NCBI GenBank assembly: GCA_965285935.1
Contig: OZ260661.1
Span: forward strand, 129,518,001 to 129,582,000
Source: Ophelia neglecta
Taxonomy: Eukaryota
DNA length: 64,000 nucleotides
Direction of reading: 5' to 3'
The notes under the pieces were generated by a model, which saw only the letters and a list, made by a program, of their open reading frames with translations, was not told where the DNA came from and searched no databases. Position numbers and translations under genes: made by a program. The first letter of the stretch is position 1; every line of letters starts with the position of its first letter. Positions 11,806 to 25,622 of the stretch are shown in pieces.

Positions 11806-14800
11806 TAATCTCAACAATATTAAGCATGTACACTCAACTATCTCAAGCACATTCACTTACCAAAGCCAAGTGCGCTATTCCTTATTGAAAACATAAACCA
11901 TCACAAGCACTCTCAAACAATCAGCTTTAACCCAATTAAATAATCATTCTCAATACTTTCGGAAAACTATGTTTCAAAAAACTCCAATTTAAGATGCCAA
12001 TATGGGAGTAGGATGCCTGGTCTGTTCAGAAACCCGGTTTGTAGGACCATCACGGCTTACAGGACCAGTCCGGAGATCAGGGGTGAGGTCGGTTTATTTA
12101 CCCGACTTAAATTCTGCAGTGGCCGCGAACTAAACTCCAGCACGAACATTCAACAGGATACAAATACAATCGCTGCTGGAATCATCAATCTCAATATTGT
12201 AATCAATACTAATAAAAAATAATTTCCATCAGGAAATATATGATGAACATTCCACAGAAGAGGCAGTCTACAATCTAATCACTTACACGGGTACCTTAGA
12301 AACCCAAAACCCAAGTCTATAACCTCTATCATATCCATGCTACCCTCTCGAACACTTTTACTCGGTATAACCAAAGGGTCTTCAAACTTCATAGCTCTTG
12401 TAAGTCATCTTATTTTCACCGTTCAATTAGTTTATTTGAAGTAAAAGTATTTACATAACATAACTATTGCATCTTCAGGAGATGTATTCCCGTCTTTTTC
12501 ACCTTTACATCACTAGTACTTCAATGAGCCTTATTATTCTTTCCGTTTTGTATACTCTTATTACAGTACATTTAAGTCATACGCCGCTAGCTGGAACCAA
12601 TGTTATTGTTTTTGAATGGAATATGGTTCTAAAATAAGAAAATAATCAGTAAAACATTTTTCTGTAGTAAAACTTCTGGTTGTAGGTAGCTCATAGAGCT
12701 CTGGCGAAAATATTAACAGCCCCGTTAAAACTGGAGTGGGGATTTTTTTCTTCTCTGTGTTACAAGAGCACCAGGCCGAAGTCAGCCTAATCACTACACC
12801 AAATGTAATGTGATCGCAATACACATTTGACTTATCATCACTTTTCAATGTGGCAAGAGATAAAACACCATAGGAATTATCCTGAGCAATTATACATATT
12901 GTGTGACGGCCATAGCACGACTCATCACTAATAAAATAGTGCCTCCTAACTACTGACTGCTTTATCTCGCGAAAGTCTTAAAAATAGATCCGGTAAACAG
13001 AAATAGGAGCAGACGAAGTAGTTAACAAGCTCTTACAGGAGTTTTATATCCGCAGGCATTGCGAAAGCGATAAATCATTCTTTATTTGTGGTCCTTTTTA
13101 CTTGTCAAGTTTATCCCTGTTGAAAGTAGAAACCAAATTAAACTGACATGTGGAGTTAGCCTTGGAATACAGGCAGCGTACAAATTAAGTTGTATCTATA
13201 TAAAGGTTATACACTCCATGGTTAACTTAAAAACATTCTCGTCTGTAAACCGGCACAGGTCAAATTTTACCATGCAGTAAGCTAAATCATGTCAACAACT
13301 GGGCGGAGCTCTTCATGTTTGTCACTTGTAGAAGAGCTGGACGGGGCGCCTCATGGTCCTCACTTCCCGTGGTGTTTCCCTGTACATCCCCATGGAACTT
13401 AATAGCGCCCCCAAACGGCTGTCTGTCTCCTTCAGTTTTATTAAATCGCTGGGAGGCATTCTTTGATGTTCAGCGGACATCAAAGATGGCAACAGCATCT
13501 GTAGTAGAGCGTTTTTTGGCCACATATGGCAAGCTTCCCAAGCTTAATACGGGCCGCAGATGGACCACTTAGAATGCTTTGGTTTCATTTCTGCTATAGG
13601 GAAGCAATGTATGTACTGTTTTGTCTTTCCAAGAAGTGCCACCGCCATTGACTGCATTCCATCCAAGAAGGTCGTATTACAGAAGAAAATAAAAAAGAGG
13701 TTTTGCATTTCGTCTGCTTCAAAGACATGCCAGTTTTTCCTGTCAGTGTCATGTAAGTATCGCCCAGGGCGCCTTTATCGGTTCAGCTACATCACATATA
13801 CACCGATTGCAACTGGTCTCAAGCTGACACAAAATTTCGGAAGTCGGTATTACTCAATGAGTCATGCCTGTGCCCGTGTCTCGCACCTAGCCTAATAGGC
13901 ATACTGGTACCATGGGAATGTAGAACAGACGAAACGATGGAATCCGTGTTATTTTTTGTGACCCTGGATTTGTGCGCTCTGATTGTCGCATTATAACACC
14001 AAAGATTATGTTTACTCTCAGTGGCCCATTTGCCTGAGGACTGTAAATGAATTACTCTTCCGGAGGTCAAGAGTTCTCACGTCACTAACAGACTGCTTTT
14101 GCCGAAAATGGCCCCCGGCAGCGTTCTTGGATGACCTACAATTGTAGGTGAACGTATCATTGAGCTTTCTGCCCCCATCGAATACTTTCTTGTTGAAATA
14201 TTCGTTCACAGTTGCCATGGCTAAAATCATCAACAAACCTTACCAATTTATTGACGAATTTGATCAATGAGGGGTTGGAGGCTATTTCCCAATATCCCTT
14301 GCTGTTCGCGCATGCGCGTCAATCAATCAAGTGGACAGGTCTGCATTTGATGCTCCAGGAATTCTTCGATTAGATCGTTTGGCACCATTCATTTCGCGGT
14401 AATACTGTTACCAGCGGGGCACCCTGGGAACTAGACCACCTACTCGAGATTGGCTAATCATGGGTTCTCAGATCTGAGGCCCTCGGCGCCGAATGGGGAT
14501 TGTTAAATGAGGCACAAATCGGGTCTCGCTTCTCCAGGGACCTTCGGTCGTCTGCCCCTGGAGACGGGGTTCACACCTGAATGTCCATGAGCAAGGTAAT
14601 TCGGGTGTTTGATCAATTATAGCCCAGTAAACCTGTCTTCTGTTGCAGTTTTTTCTGGCCATTTTTGCTCGGAGTCATTCGACATATAAATGTTATTATC
14701 TGCTGCCACTATTGGGAGTTAGGTTTAATGTCAGGAGGACCGACACATAATGACCTACAGATCATGACTAGGACAGGCTGGGGTGGAACCATTCACTGGC

Positions 14801-16230
14801 ATAGTAAGGTATCTTTTTAGTTGTTGACAAATCCCATACATTTCCCCTCCATTTTTCATTGCCGCAAGCCAAATTGCTCTAGACACCATCCCAGACTTTC
14901 GAAAAACCTCCTTTCAGCTGAAACACTCGACTCCAAACTCACACTCTAGTTGGTATATCCATGGCGTTATCATAGACTCATGACCACAATCCATTTTGAT
15001 CCTGTTTACACGTACCCTTTTGCAGGAATGCCCTTGGCACGCCCGGTAACGGACATTAATTTCTCGTGTGTGCCATGCCGTATTAAACGTCCGAGCGCCT
15101 TAGCCCCCTAATGAGATTATTCGGGTGGGAAATTTATCTCATCAGGCATACTGGCTCAAGGACTGCCAAATGTTAGAGAAGAGTCGCAAAACTAGCATTT
15201 CCAAACTCGGCGGAGCGAAAGATTTGATCCCCGATCTGTCCATTATGCACGATACCGGAGAGAGCGCAGTATTTTGTTTTTATCGTCCTGCCTAGGCGAA
15301 AACTGAACGAAATTTTTACAGGTACCTCTTGGAGAACGTTTTTTACAACAGTGGCCACTTCTTAAACACACTCGTCTGCTTGTTGCCTTGGAGATGAGCA
15401 GCCGCTTAAGGAGTTTGAGTATTTTGCTCTTGGGTGACATTGGTTTTGCAATTTCCGACGGGGGAAATAAGCAGTCTGCTCGAAACCCTTGTAGTTTTGT
15501 TCCATTAAATATACTGCTCGTCCGCTGGTTTAAACCACCATATTTCTTGGACCGACAAATAACAGTTGAAATGTCCCAGGAGAAATGGGGTTTTGTTGAA
15601 AGAAGATCGGCCATTCCGTTTCATGCTTCGCATATTCATCTTCAGTACTTTCCACGGCATTTGGAAAACATTTTTTTCGTCTGCTTTGGTTATCGTCTGC
15701 CACGCTTACTGCAAACCAAGAAATGTTGACAAGCAGCAAAATTTCGCGATCTACTTTTTTAAGGTATATTTTTAACTTTAGTGGCGGAGTAATACTAGTG
15801 TGATTTTCTATAGATATACGATCAGGGATCTCCGATACCGCCAATTTTCGAGAAGCGGCCAGTTTCATGAATTTCTCAAAAATGTTCAAGTCGCAAACAT
15901 TTTCTGGTGCATAATTCTAACCTTGATATTTCTGTTCAGATAAAGAAAGTAAAAAGATGAAAAGGAAGGGGAGTTAAAACATTCACATATAGATAGGCCT
16001 ACGTTTTTCAGATGGGCCTGTATATATGCTAGCGGTTGTTGCTTTGTATATTGCTAGCATTAGCCAGTAATTGAGAGCTAGACCAGCCTGTAAAGAACTC
16101 CACACTGCCGCATCGCTATCTCCTCTCGTCCCATCTCAGTAAGTAGTCTCTCTTACTGTGAAGTGCTACCAGCACTTAGGGGTTTCTCGAGATGATATCC
16201 CCAGTTTTCATCACCGGCGGTATCTAATGT

Positions 16231-16969
16231 CAGGGGCAGGGGGCTGCTGTGAGGGAAGAGGGGTTGTGGGGGTGGAGGCATCAGGGCAGGGGGCTGCTGT
16301 GAGGGAAGAGGGGGGGGGGGTGGAGGCATCAGGGCAGGGGGCTGCTGTGAGGGAAGAGGGGGGGGGGGGTGCAGGCATCAGGGCAGGGGGCTGCTGTGAG
16401 GGAAGAGGGGGGTGGGGGTGGAGGCATCAGGGCAGGGGGCTGCTGTGAGGGAATAGGGGGGTGGGGGTGGAGGCATCAAGGCAGGGGGCTGCTGTGAGGG
16501 AAGAGGGGGTGGGGGTAGAGGCATCAGGGCAGGGGGCTGCTGTGAGGGAAGAGGGGGGGGGGGTGCAGGCATCAGGGCAGGGGGCTGCTGTGAGGGAAGA
16601 GGGGGGGGGGGTGGAGGCATCAGGGCAGGGGGCTGCTGTGAGGGAAGAGGGGGGTGGGGGTGGAGGCATCAGGGCAGGGGGCTGCTGTGAGGGAAGAGGG
16701 GGGTGGGGGTAGAGGCATCAGGGCAGGGGGCTGCTGTGAGGGAAGAGGGGGGGGGGTGCAGGCATCAGGGCAGGGGGCTGCTGTGAGGGAAGAGGGGGGG
16801 GGGTGGAGGCATCAGGGCAGGGGGCTGCTGTGAGGGAAGAGGGGGGTGGGGGGTGGGGGGTGGAGGCATCAGGGCAGGGGGCTGCTGTGAGGGAAGAGAG
16901 GAAAGGGGTGGAGGCATCAGGGCAGGGGGCTGCTGTGAGGGAAGAGAGGAAGGGGGTGGAGGCATCAGG
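16231..16969 (+). repeat. G-rich ~48-49-bp minisatellite, ~15 copies
   Basis: Unit GAGGCATCAGGGCAGGGGGCTGCTGTGAGGGAAGAG(G)nTG with a variable G-run. Confidence 0.95.
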
Positions 16970-17152
16970 GAAGGATTTAGGATTGCAAGGAAAAACAGGT
17001 TGATAATAGGAGTATATGATATGGGTACCACCTTACCTCCAATAATGGGTACTGGAAAGGGGTGGGGTGGGGTGGGGTGGGCGGGGGTGCGGGGGTGGAG
17101 CACAAGAGGGCCCTGCCTCCCCCCCCCCTACGTCTCCTAGGATCCGCCATTT
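16231..17152. mobile_element. CAGGGGC...GGATCCGCC-type MITE carrying an expanded minisatellite
   Basis: Left end CAGGGGC, right end GGATCCGCCATTT, near-identical 5-bp flanks AATGT/AATGG. Same terminal type as the elements at 23072 and 49903. Confidence 0.5.
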
Positions 17153-17993
17153 AATGGTAGGACATTCTAATATGCATAATATGATTTCTTTTTCACACTT
17201 GCCGTCTGTTTAGTCATTAAAGTCGCTTTTCAGGGGTTTTTCTGATTACACAGTATTTTAGTGTCATTAAAATCTCGCGCGATGATATATCGCCTAATGA
17301 ACGCTGGGATTGATGACAGGTTGACTGCTGTAGTTCTCCGAAGGTATATTTTAATGTTTTCTCAAACTTTGCCCCTACCTGACAGTAATACGGGCTGGCT
17401 TTTCAGGATTTATACGAAACAAGCTGTTAGCAAACTGTTATACTTTAGCCAGATGTGTTATCGAAATTATGTGGGGTAGGGGGGAGGGGGAGATGGGGGG
17501 AGGTGGCTGGAATACAGATCCTGTGGAAGGGATTGGATAAGCGAAAATGTTCCCGAGAGATAGGGTATGGTGGCTAGTAGGAGGGACGGGATGTCCTTTC
17601 AATGAGAGGCCTGGGGCCTAGAGGGTAGCTTGTACCATCTATATAAGAGGGGTTCGGAGGACTAGTGCCTGGGGAGGGGGGGGGGGGGGGGGGAGGTGCG
17701 CGTGGGGGGGGGGGACTCCAGGAGGTTGTCTGTGGTAGTTGGTGGGGAGGCGGTAATTTCTTCTGGCGATGGTCTGGGAGCTATATATTGGGTGTCCTCC
17801 CCAGGGGGGCGTCTAGGGGCTAGTGGTTGGGGTCAGTGTCCCCGGGATAGTGGTTGGGGGTGTCTGTCCCCTCCTGGAGAGAGTCTGATGGCTAGAGGGT
17901 GGGGTGTCCCCTCTTGTGGGGGCTACTGGGTGGATGGGTGTCTCCTCCAGAGAATGGAGGTAGGCGGCCGCTTGAAAAGGGGGAATGACCTGG

Positions 17994-18380
17994 CAGTGGC
18001 GTAGGAAGCTGGGGGCCGGGGGGGGGGGATGCCCCCCACTTAAAAAAGTGGGGGGCCAACATATGTTTTGCCCCCCCCCCCCCCCCACTTTTAATGATGA
18101 CCCTCGCACTTTTTGCCCTCTCAAAATGGTGCACATGCAGCAGTGGTAAGAAGTGTATGTCCTCAGTTGGCTTGACCATGATCATATAGTTACCTGAGCT
18201 GTGGGCGGGTTATTTACAAACCCATAACACAGCCAATAATTGAAAATTTATTCAATGTATTTTGGCATGTAAAGATCAATGTTCAGTAGCGTAGGAAGCA
18301 GGGGGGGGGGGGGGCATGCCCTCCCCCACTTAAAAAAGTGGGGGACCATATGTTTTGCCCCCCCCCCCCCCCCACTTTTT
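17994..18380 (+). mobile_element. Two left-end fragments of a CAGTGGCGTAGGAAG element (17994-18092, 18284-18380)
   Basis: Both read CAGT(G/A)GCGTAGGAAGC-Gn-ATGCCC..CCCCACTTAAAAAAGTGGGGG..CATATGTTTTG-Cn-ACTTTT. No right ends seen. Confidence 0.65.
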
Positions 18381-19081
18381 ATGCCGCTGTAAAGTGTAAA
18401 GTTGGCCCCTCACATTCCTCTGCCTCTGCCTGGGGACTGGTGGGTTGGGATAGGTGTCACCTCAGGGTGTGTGTGTGTATTGGGGGGGGGGGGGTATGGG
18501 CTTTTCTGGGTAGGGATCACACACCCACCGTGGGAAACCTGCGCCCCCTTTCCACCCCACCCTCATGTTCCAAACTCTCTGGCCCGTTCTTCTATCTGTT
18601 TTAAATCGTGAGGTCTAAATTTAGCCCACTAGCTGTACTTATTCATTTCATTCTCAATATATTTACTGGAAAATAGAATTTAGTGTGATATAAAGTGCCA
18701 AAGTGTTGACAGGAAATGAATTTGTTGTGAATAAACTTCAGCTTTTAAGTGCGGCATATGCACTTATAGTTCGGAATTGGCACTTCATGTTCTCACGTGG
18801 AAAGGCCCCATGGAATATTCCCTGTATACTATCGACAGTATTTTAATGAACACTTGCAAACGGGGCATGAATGGTGGCAATTATATGTGTGTTGACTGTT
18901 GTTTTTGATTTTTAAATTGGAGTGTATTTTGCCAAATGTCGTGTTGGATTAAGCTGTTGTTTTGGACTTTAGACTCGTCTCTTTTTGCACTTGGCGGAGG
19001 AATATTAGCCTATAGTAGCTCGTGTTTATATCTGCTGGATTTCTACCCTCTTGCTGGTGTAAGTGGGGTTCAATCGGGGTA

Positions 19082-19230
19082 TATCGCTCGTCGTCTAAAT
19101 CCGCGCAGACAGCCGGCTTACTCCGCCCAGGAAGCAGGCTAATTTCGCGCACAATGTGTATGCAAGCCTTACAGTTAATTCCACGCAGTAAGAAAAAGTG
19201 CGCGGAATAAGGCTACCTACTGAGCGAAAT
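19082..19230. mobile_element. TIR element, TCGCTC...GAGCGA family
   Basis: Ends TATCGCTCGTCGTCTAAATCCGCGC and GCGCGGAATAAG...TGAGCGAAAT; homologous to 38744-38943 in reverse orientation. Confidence 0.65.
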
Positions 19231-19891
19231 TATTCGTCTTGACCGCACCATTTGTCTTATGAGAAATTTAGGAAAGCAAGATGATGAGCAAATTTGATAT
19301 TTTTAGCGTCTCATATATGATAGCCTAATATTTCCCTTTCATTGTATGAAACAATATCGCTGAAATTTGATGATTTAGTGGAAAAAAATGTACAGTCTTT
19401 GGCTCAATTATCGGCATGTGGTGGGTGTTATTAATATCTGCGGAAGAGAGAAGGCGAATTTGTTATATTTACTTGACTCACCGTCGGTGTATCGCAATAA
19501 AAACGAAATTATGTCCGATGTATTTTAAAATGAGTAGAAACATAGCATATGTAGGAATGTGCGGCAAGTCATCTAAGTGTCAAATAAGATATTATCTTCC
19601 TGTCTGCCGACGGCAGACGATATCTTTGTTCATAGCTCATGCCAATATGCTTGCCTATTTTTATAAATACTGGCCCGGCTCCTAGGAACTCTCGGCTAAG
19701 ACGCCGACCTACTACGGCTTTCCGCGGCCGCAGAGAGGCGCAGTTGCGCCGAAGTTTAGCCGAGGGTTCCTCATGACCGTGACTTCAATATAGGAAAAAG
19801 CAGAGTTTGAAAGCTGGCTTTATTTTTATAGGACATGGGGATAGTAAAAAAATAACCTATTTAAGATACAATGTGTTTTATGTAGCTACTG

Positions 19892-20078
19892 CAGTGGCGG
19901 ATTCAGTGGGGCGGAGGGGGGGGGGGGACAACAAAAAAAGGACATGGACCAGGGCTTGTTTCTGAACCCACGCAAAGTGGCGTCATAGGGTTGGTAACGG
20001 GGACAATCCATACATTCGCCTTGTCAGCCTTGGAAATTTGCCCCCATCCCCCTTCCTGAAATCCTGGATCCACCACTG
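19892..20078 (-). mobile_element. MITE with CAGTGGCGGAT TIRs and 5-bp TSD (hAT5-like), family A
   Basis: CAGTGGCGGATTCAG...CTGGATCCACCACTG with TSD TACTG on both sides. The interior is the reverse complement of 44856-45056. Confidence 0.85.
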
Positions 20079-21144
20079 TACTGTTCAGTTAATTGGAGCC
20101 ATTGGCCTACTAGATTGGACAGGGTCCTCAGTTCAGAGTATTGTATCCGGTCTCTTCATTTCAAACTCGAGCATAGACTGTTAATCCAACCAGGCTAAGA
20201 CCAGTCATAATTAAAGGCACAACAAAATTCAGGTTCCTCCGAAAAACTCATGGAATAGATAATGGAACGAAATATCAGTTTCGGAAATTAATTACAAAGA
20301 AAAAGGAGATGGATAGAACCTTGTTATACCATTTCACTTTTTAGTCAGAAAGAGAGATTTATATGTAAAGGAATCTCTGGTCGTAATACCAAATCGTGTC
20401 CATGGATCCTGTTGTCAAAAGACAAGCACGACTGTAAGAGTAGGCGCCATTTTGTACAACTGACAGGCTCACCACGGTGGTATTATATTAATCTAATAAA
20501 TAACAGTGTATTCATGTTATCATGGGTGTAGCTATGGGGAGAGGGCAGGGGAGAATTAATCCACCTTCCATACGGATGTGAACTCTTTTATGTTCTGTCT
20601 GGAGGAAGAAAAATACTAGTTTGTATTATTTATACTTTTGGCATGTGATTTTGGATTTTAAATGTGTTTTGGATCAAAACAATGTGGCTGGCCAGCTCAA
20701 CGTGACTTCGCACGAGGCTGTTGATTACCCGTTAAGCTTGGTTTAGATAGAAACCAGCTATTTGGTCAATACAACAATCCGTCAAGTACGAGGCCAGAGT
20801 GTGCCAAACGACTTGTAGGGGGCAGTCGGGTGCAGGGAGGACGGCTTAAGGTGGGAATTTCGTTTAATATTTTCCCCAGAATACACGTGAATAACAAAAT
20901 CTCCTTGAAGTATTTGCTAAAATTGGTTCTAAGTTTACAAATTTGAAATATATTATTTCATTTTGGCAAAACAAAACTATTTGCCCACCCTGCAGTAAAA
21001 AAAACCGATGGCAAGCTCTTAGTCTAAAGGCGAAAACAAATTCATATACCTTCATCATGTAAACCAGCTTTTATATGCTTACTGAGGTTTCCAAACGACA
21101 AACTGCAGCTTCATGCCAACCTACACAGGCGCAAGGTTATTAAT

Positions 21145-21421
21145 CACGCATTAAAAAACAAAAATAAACCACGCATTAAAAAATAAACCACACATTAAAA
21201 ATTAAAATAAACCATGCATTAAGAATTAAAATAAAACCAAGCATTAAAAATTAAAAATAAACCACGCATTAAAAAATAAACCACACATTAAAAGATAAAA
21301 GTAAACTATGCATTGAAAATTAAACCACTCATTAAAAATAAACCACGCATTAAAAATTAAAATAAACCATGCATTAAGAATTAAAATTAAACCACGCATT
21401 AAAAATAAACCACGCATTAAA
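21145..21421. repeat. AT-rich tandem repeat of AAACCACGCATTAAAAAT(TAAAAT), ~12 units of 18-25 bp
   Basis: Directly visible iteration. Confidence 0.9.
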
Positions 21422-21862
21422 CTATCATAAAGCTAACCTATACAACGGTATAAACTGCGGACGAATTTCCATAAAAATGTGCATATTTTCTGACTACGAC
21501 TGTCGTATATTGTGACCCTGATATATGAGAACATTGTCAAGTACAAAATGTGTTAAAGTGATTTTAACCTTTTTATACGTTTTGTTGTGAAATAGACAAT
21601 AACTCACTTTCCATTCATTTTGCTAATTTCAACTTTTACTCGTCTGGTTGGTTTCAATAAGTAGTAATTATACCGAAATCTGCTCAAAGCTGGCATATTG
21701 TAAAACATGATACGATAAACTACGGAAGTGCACGAGATTGACAGATACGAAAATTATAAATTGGTGTTGGTTTGGGAAAAACTCAGGAGCAGGGTTTCCT
21801 GACAACCGAACTGAAACATTCCAAACTTAACCCTAACCGCTACCCTAAACCGAATCCATATC

Positions 21863-22040
21863 CAGTGAAACCTGCCTTAAAGACCACCTCTATTATCAGA
21901 CCACCTGTCAATTCAGACCACTAATATGAGGACCATACTGTATACTTTCAATGTTAAATAACCTGTCTTAACAGACCACCCCCAAAATCAGACCAGTATT
22001 TTCCAGTCCCTTGGGTGGTCTTAATTCATAGGTTTCACTG
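21863..22040 (+). mobile_element. Tc1/mariner-pogo type MITE, 178 bp (AGACCAC family)
   Basis: TIR CAGTGAAACCT...AGGTTTCACTG|TA; homologous to 56691, 59883 and 55767. Confidence 0.9.
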
Positions 22041-23071
22041 TAGCTAAACTTTTAATGTCTTGTATCTCGTTTAATTTTTCGTATCTGAAATCATCTATTA
22101 GTTGTAACAGTATACATCCCAGGGTTGGCAGATTTTCAAAAACCAAAGACCTTCGAACGAAAAAATTTTGACATTGACGGGAACAAGGTGGTGATTTTTT
22201 ATTTAGAATAAAAAGTGCTAAGTCTTATAATTATTATACCCTATTTCCTCAGGTATGTGTGTTAGTTAAGCTGGCTCGAGCTTCCAATGAGTCATGGTGT
22301 TTCCTAGATGCTCTAAGCAGTTTTAGCTGACATTTGACCCGCCAGTTTCTCTTCCTTGCGGGTTTTGGACCCATCGCTCGCGGTGGTTTTGGAAGTTTTT
22401 AGCAGTGTGTGATAACTCTTTAAACATTAAGTCTGTTAAAAATTGATCACTTGGCGTTATGTTTCATTGTTTTACGCTTTACCACACTTTTTACTAATAG
22501 TTGCTGCCTCCACTAATTTTCAGTCTTTTATTAATTGGCCAATTAGTTTAATGTTCAATTTGTTTCACATTAAAAACACGTGAAGTCGATGTTTTCCTCG
22601 CCTGCCTGACTAATTTGTTTAATTTGATGAGACAGCTGTCCATTTTTCGTACTGTTTTTCTGTTCGGCGTTTAAGTTTTAATCTGTCATTCTACTCGGAA
22701 TGCTGTGGAAATGCTCTAACGACAGGTATGATAAGAGCAGTGAAAGCTGAGCGATGTTGGCACACGGTGGGAGCTCCGAGAAGATTAGGCCATGTCCGTC
22801 ATGAACTGTGGCCTACTTAGGACTGTGGCCGTGCCATCTGTCAGACAGGCGCGCAGCTTTAGGTCAAAGGATAAAGGAACGAAACCACTCAAAAATGACT
22901 CACAAGCAAGCAGGGGCGAAGAAATGTTCTCCAATGTATGAAGACCAAAACGCACACAGTATTTATCGGGTTTTTACATTACATTATGCCCCCTTATTTA
23001 GTTTAAATGACATTCTGCTAATAATCTGTGAGAAAGGAACTGGGCGCCAAATTATAGGGATTTAGGTTAAC

Positions 23072-23260
23072 CAGGGGCGTGGCCAGTAATTCTCGGGGGG
23101 GGGGGGGGGGCGGGCATTCCATAAGAAGGAACTGAAAAGCGGGAGGGGGGGGGGGGTTGCCACAGAAGTCACATACATACGTCTAGTTGCCTATGTGTTG
23201 GGCGCCTGGTTGGGGAAGGGGGGGGGGCGGCCAAAGCCCCCGCCCTTGGATACGCCCCTG
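23072..23260 (+). mobile_element. MITE with CAGGGGCG TIRs and 5-bp TSD, family B
   Basis: CAGGGGCGT...TACGCCCCTG, flanks TTAAC/TTGAC, interior homologous to 49903-50093. Confidence 0.8.
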
Positions 23261-24089
23261 TTGACGCTTAACAAGGGTCTTGTAGATTGAATGGGCACCT
23301 ATTTGTGTGTGTGGGGGGGGGGGGGCTCCGTGGTAGCCCTAAGGGGCACCGCTCATGCGTCCAAAGCCTTAACATTTATCAGGGAAAGCTAAGAGAAAAA
23401 GTGAATCTTTAATTACAGAAAAAGACATGACTTAAAACAAATATTCCCAAGATAAGCAGCAATTTTAACGACTTGGCACAATTTAAGCTCATTTTTTAAG
23501 AAAACGGTCTCATTATGGTCAGTAAAACTCTGCCAGAACTACAAAATTTGGCCAAAGTGATGTAAAAAAACCCATTGATTAGAGACATATTTTTATAAGG
23601 TAGCCCTAATTGGGGCAAAAACTCTCACACGAGTAGGTTTAGGAAATAGGCCTTCACAAGGATCGGGCAGCATGCTGAGCGCGACCACAGTGTATAGTAG
23701 TATATTAATGTTCCATTACTGTATCCAAACTTCAAACAGACCACATGTGGCCTGCTTGAGGAGTTGAGCTGTTTTTTTTTAAACTAGTAATCATTATCTC
23801 GATAAAATCTCACAATTTTTAAGTGTTCAATACAGTTTTCTGTTGGGGGAAGCACGTTGCTGCAATGGTTAACAAGCCCACCCTAATGCCGTCAGATCGT
23901 GGATTCGAATCTCGCGTGCTTCATTGCACTGTGGGAGTTGAAGTTTCGTTACTCTCTCCTGTGGGTCTTCGCACTCTCAGGGAGATACCTTGAAGGTTAC
24001 AGATTGTCTTTGATTTGATTAGCCTCTTAGACAATAATGTAAATGCTGGCTTCATGTTCCGAGGGTACCAAACGGTCTGTCCTACTGAA

Positions 24090-24420
24090 TACGGGGGCCG
24101 CCAATGATCTGTTCTCATCAGTATCTGTTCTGGGCAACTTTTAGCTTGATGGCAACATAACCTCATAAGAACTGATCAGCCTTTAAACTTCTTGGCTGGT
24201 CGCCATCCGATTATCTCTTAGAGAGCACTAGATGGACCTGTATGTGGTGGACACCCTTCTATTGACCAAATGTACCTGAATACGAACCGTATGTGCTGCT
24301 CGGGTTCAGCGAAATATGTTGGTGACTGTTATATATATCTTAGGAAGCTTTTTAGGTAAAAATAACAAATGGATAGGTATTTTACTTGTATAGTTTTGGC
24401 AATATTTGATATATTAGTCT
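24090..24420 (+). repeat. Dispersed ~330-bp unclassified repeat
   Basis: Reverse-complement match to 46765-47100. A more diverged copy lies at 28670-29005 and partial copies at 24480-24850. Confidence 0.8.
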
Positions 24421-24479
24421 TCCAAATGTGACATTATTACTATATATATTGTATTTGCTGAAATATATGCTGAATATGC

Positions 24480-24850
24480 TGTTCTTAAGATGTTCCAGCT
24501 GCTTGGCAAACAAGAACAGATATAAATGTTTTAAGAAGCTTTTCTAGCTAGAAAAAAACTGATAGATATTTACTTTTCTTATACTATTGGTTTATATTTG
24601 ACCTTTTAATCGTCGGTGACCTCCCTGAATACCTGTTGTGATGCCACTTGAGCTAGCTGCCATACTTACATCGTAAGAACAGACGGACGAGCGTATAAAT
24701 CTCCCAGCTGGATGCCATCAGATCATCTCTAAGAGATCACTGAAAGAACACTCTTGTACCGACCCAATCTAACTGTGTAATGCACTGTACGTGCTGCTCG
24801 GGAGCAGCGAAATACGCTGCTGGCTGGCAAATCAAAACAAACATATTTGA
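24480..24850 (+). repeat. Partial adjacent copies of the same dispersed repeat
   Basis: Shares GCCATCAGATCATCTCT, TGCTGCTCGGGAGCAGCGAAATA and GAAGCTTTT..GATAGATATTTACT blocks. Confidence 0.65.
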
Positions 24851-25622
24851 ATCTCATACGAGTGTTTCTTCGATGAAGAGGGCGGCCTTCATAGGGCTGA
24901 GGATTTTTGAACAAAATGAGTGTCCGTGAAAAATGTGCCCCATCTAAACCGTCCTGGGCCCCTTAAGCAATACGAAGGGATCAACATAATTATATAACTT
25001 TGTGGCAAATAACTTAAATGTGTTAGAACAAATACGCCTACTTGAACGTTCTCGTTAGTATATTGGGTTGTAAAAATAGTTACATCTAACAGTATGTTTA
25101 GTACGGTCAGTCAACAGACGAGATGAAAATAGCAGTTAAGGGTACAAATCATTTTTTAAGTGTCATCTTGTAAAACCTGGGTTATTAATTACAAAGTCTC
25201 CCCTCAAGTTGGCTTTGGGAAGCTTTGATATGAAGTTAGTCGTAAATTTACTTTGACAACTTAAGCAGTTTATGTCAACAAGTCACTTTAGCCAGGAGTG
25301 TGGTGGATGACAGCTGCCGGGCGGCGGAGTGTGCCAGAACTGGCTCAGAATAGCATGGCAGAGGCTATCTGCTCGAGCAGGGAGCAGCCACGTGCAGGAA
25401 AACTGCTTACTATGTCGGAAACCAGCTAAATAATCTAAGTCAGAAATATAGCTAGCCACAAACCAGCTTCATAAATCAAGCAAGAAACTAGATCAGGGTA
25501 GTGATTCAGTGAGTAGGGAGAGAGAGAAGGGGCAGGATATACTGACTCTGCAGGCATCAGCTCTTATCCCAAGTTTGGAAGCAGCTCAGGGTGACAGGTC
25601 CCAGGGCAACTCAATATGCCAT

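Noticed and set aside
16158-17140. Many Pro/Gly-rich ORFs on both strands
   Set aside because: Translations of the G-rich minisatellite; variable G-runs break the frame.
21826-21852. Telomere-like CCCTAA motifs
   Set aside because: Only two or three degenerate units; not an interstitial telomeric array.
23845-23920. Weak tRNA/SINE-head-like A and B boxes
   Set aside because: Too degenerate and no recognisable SINE body follows.
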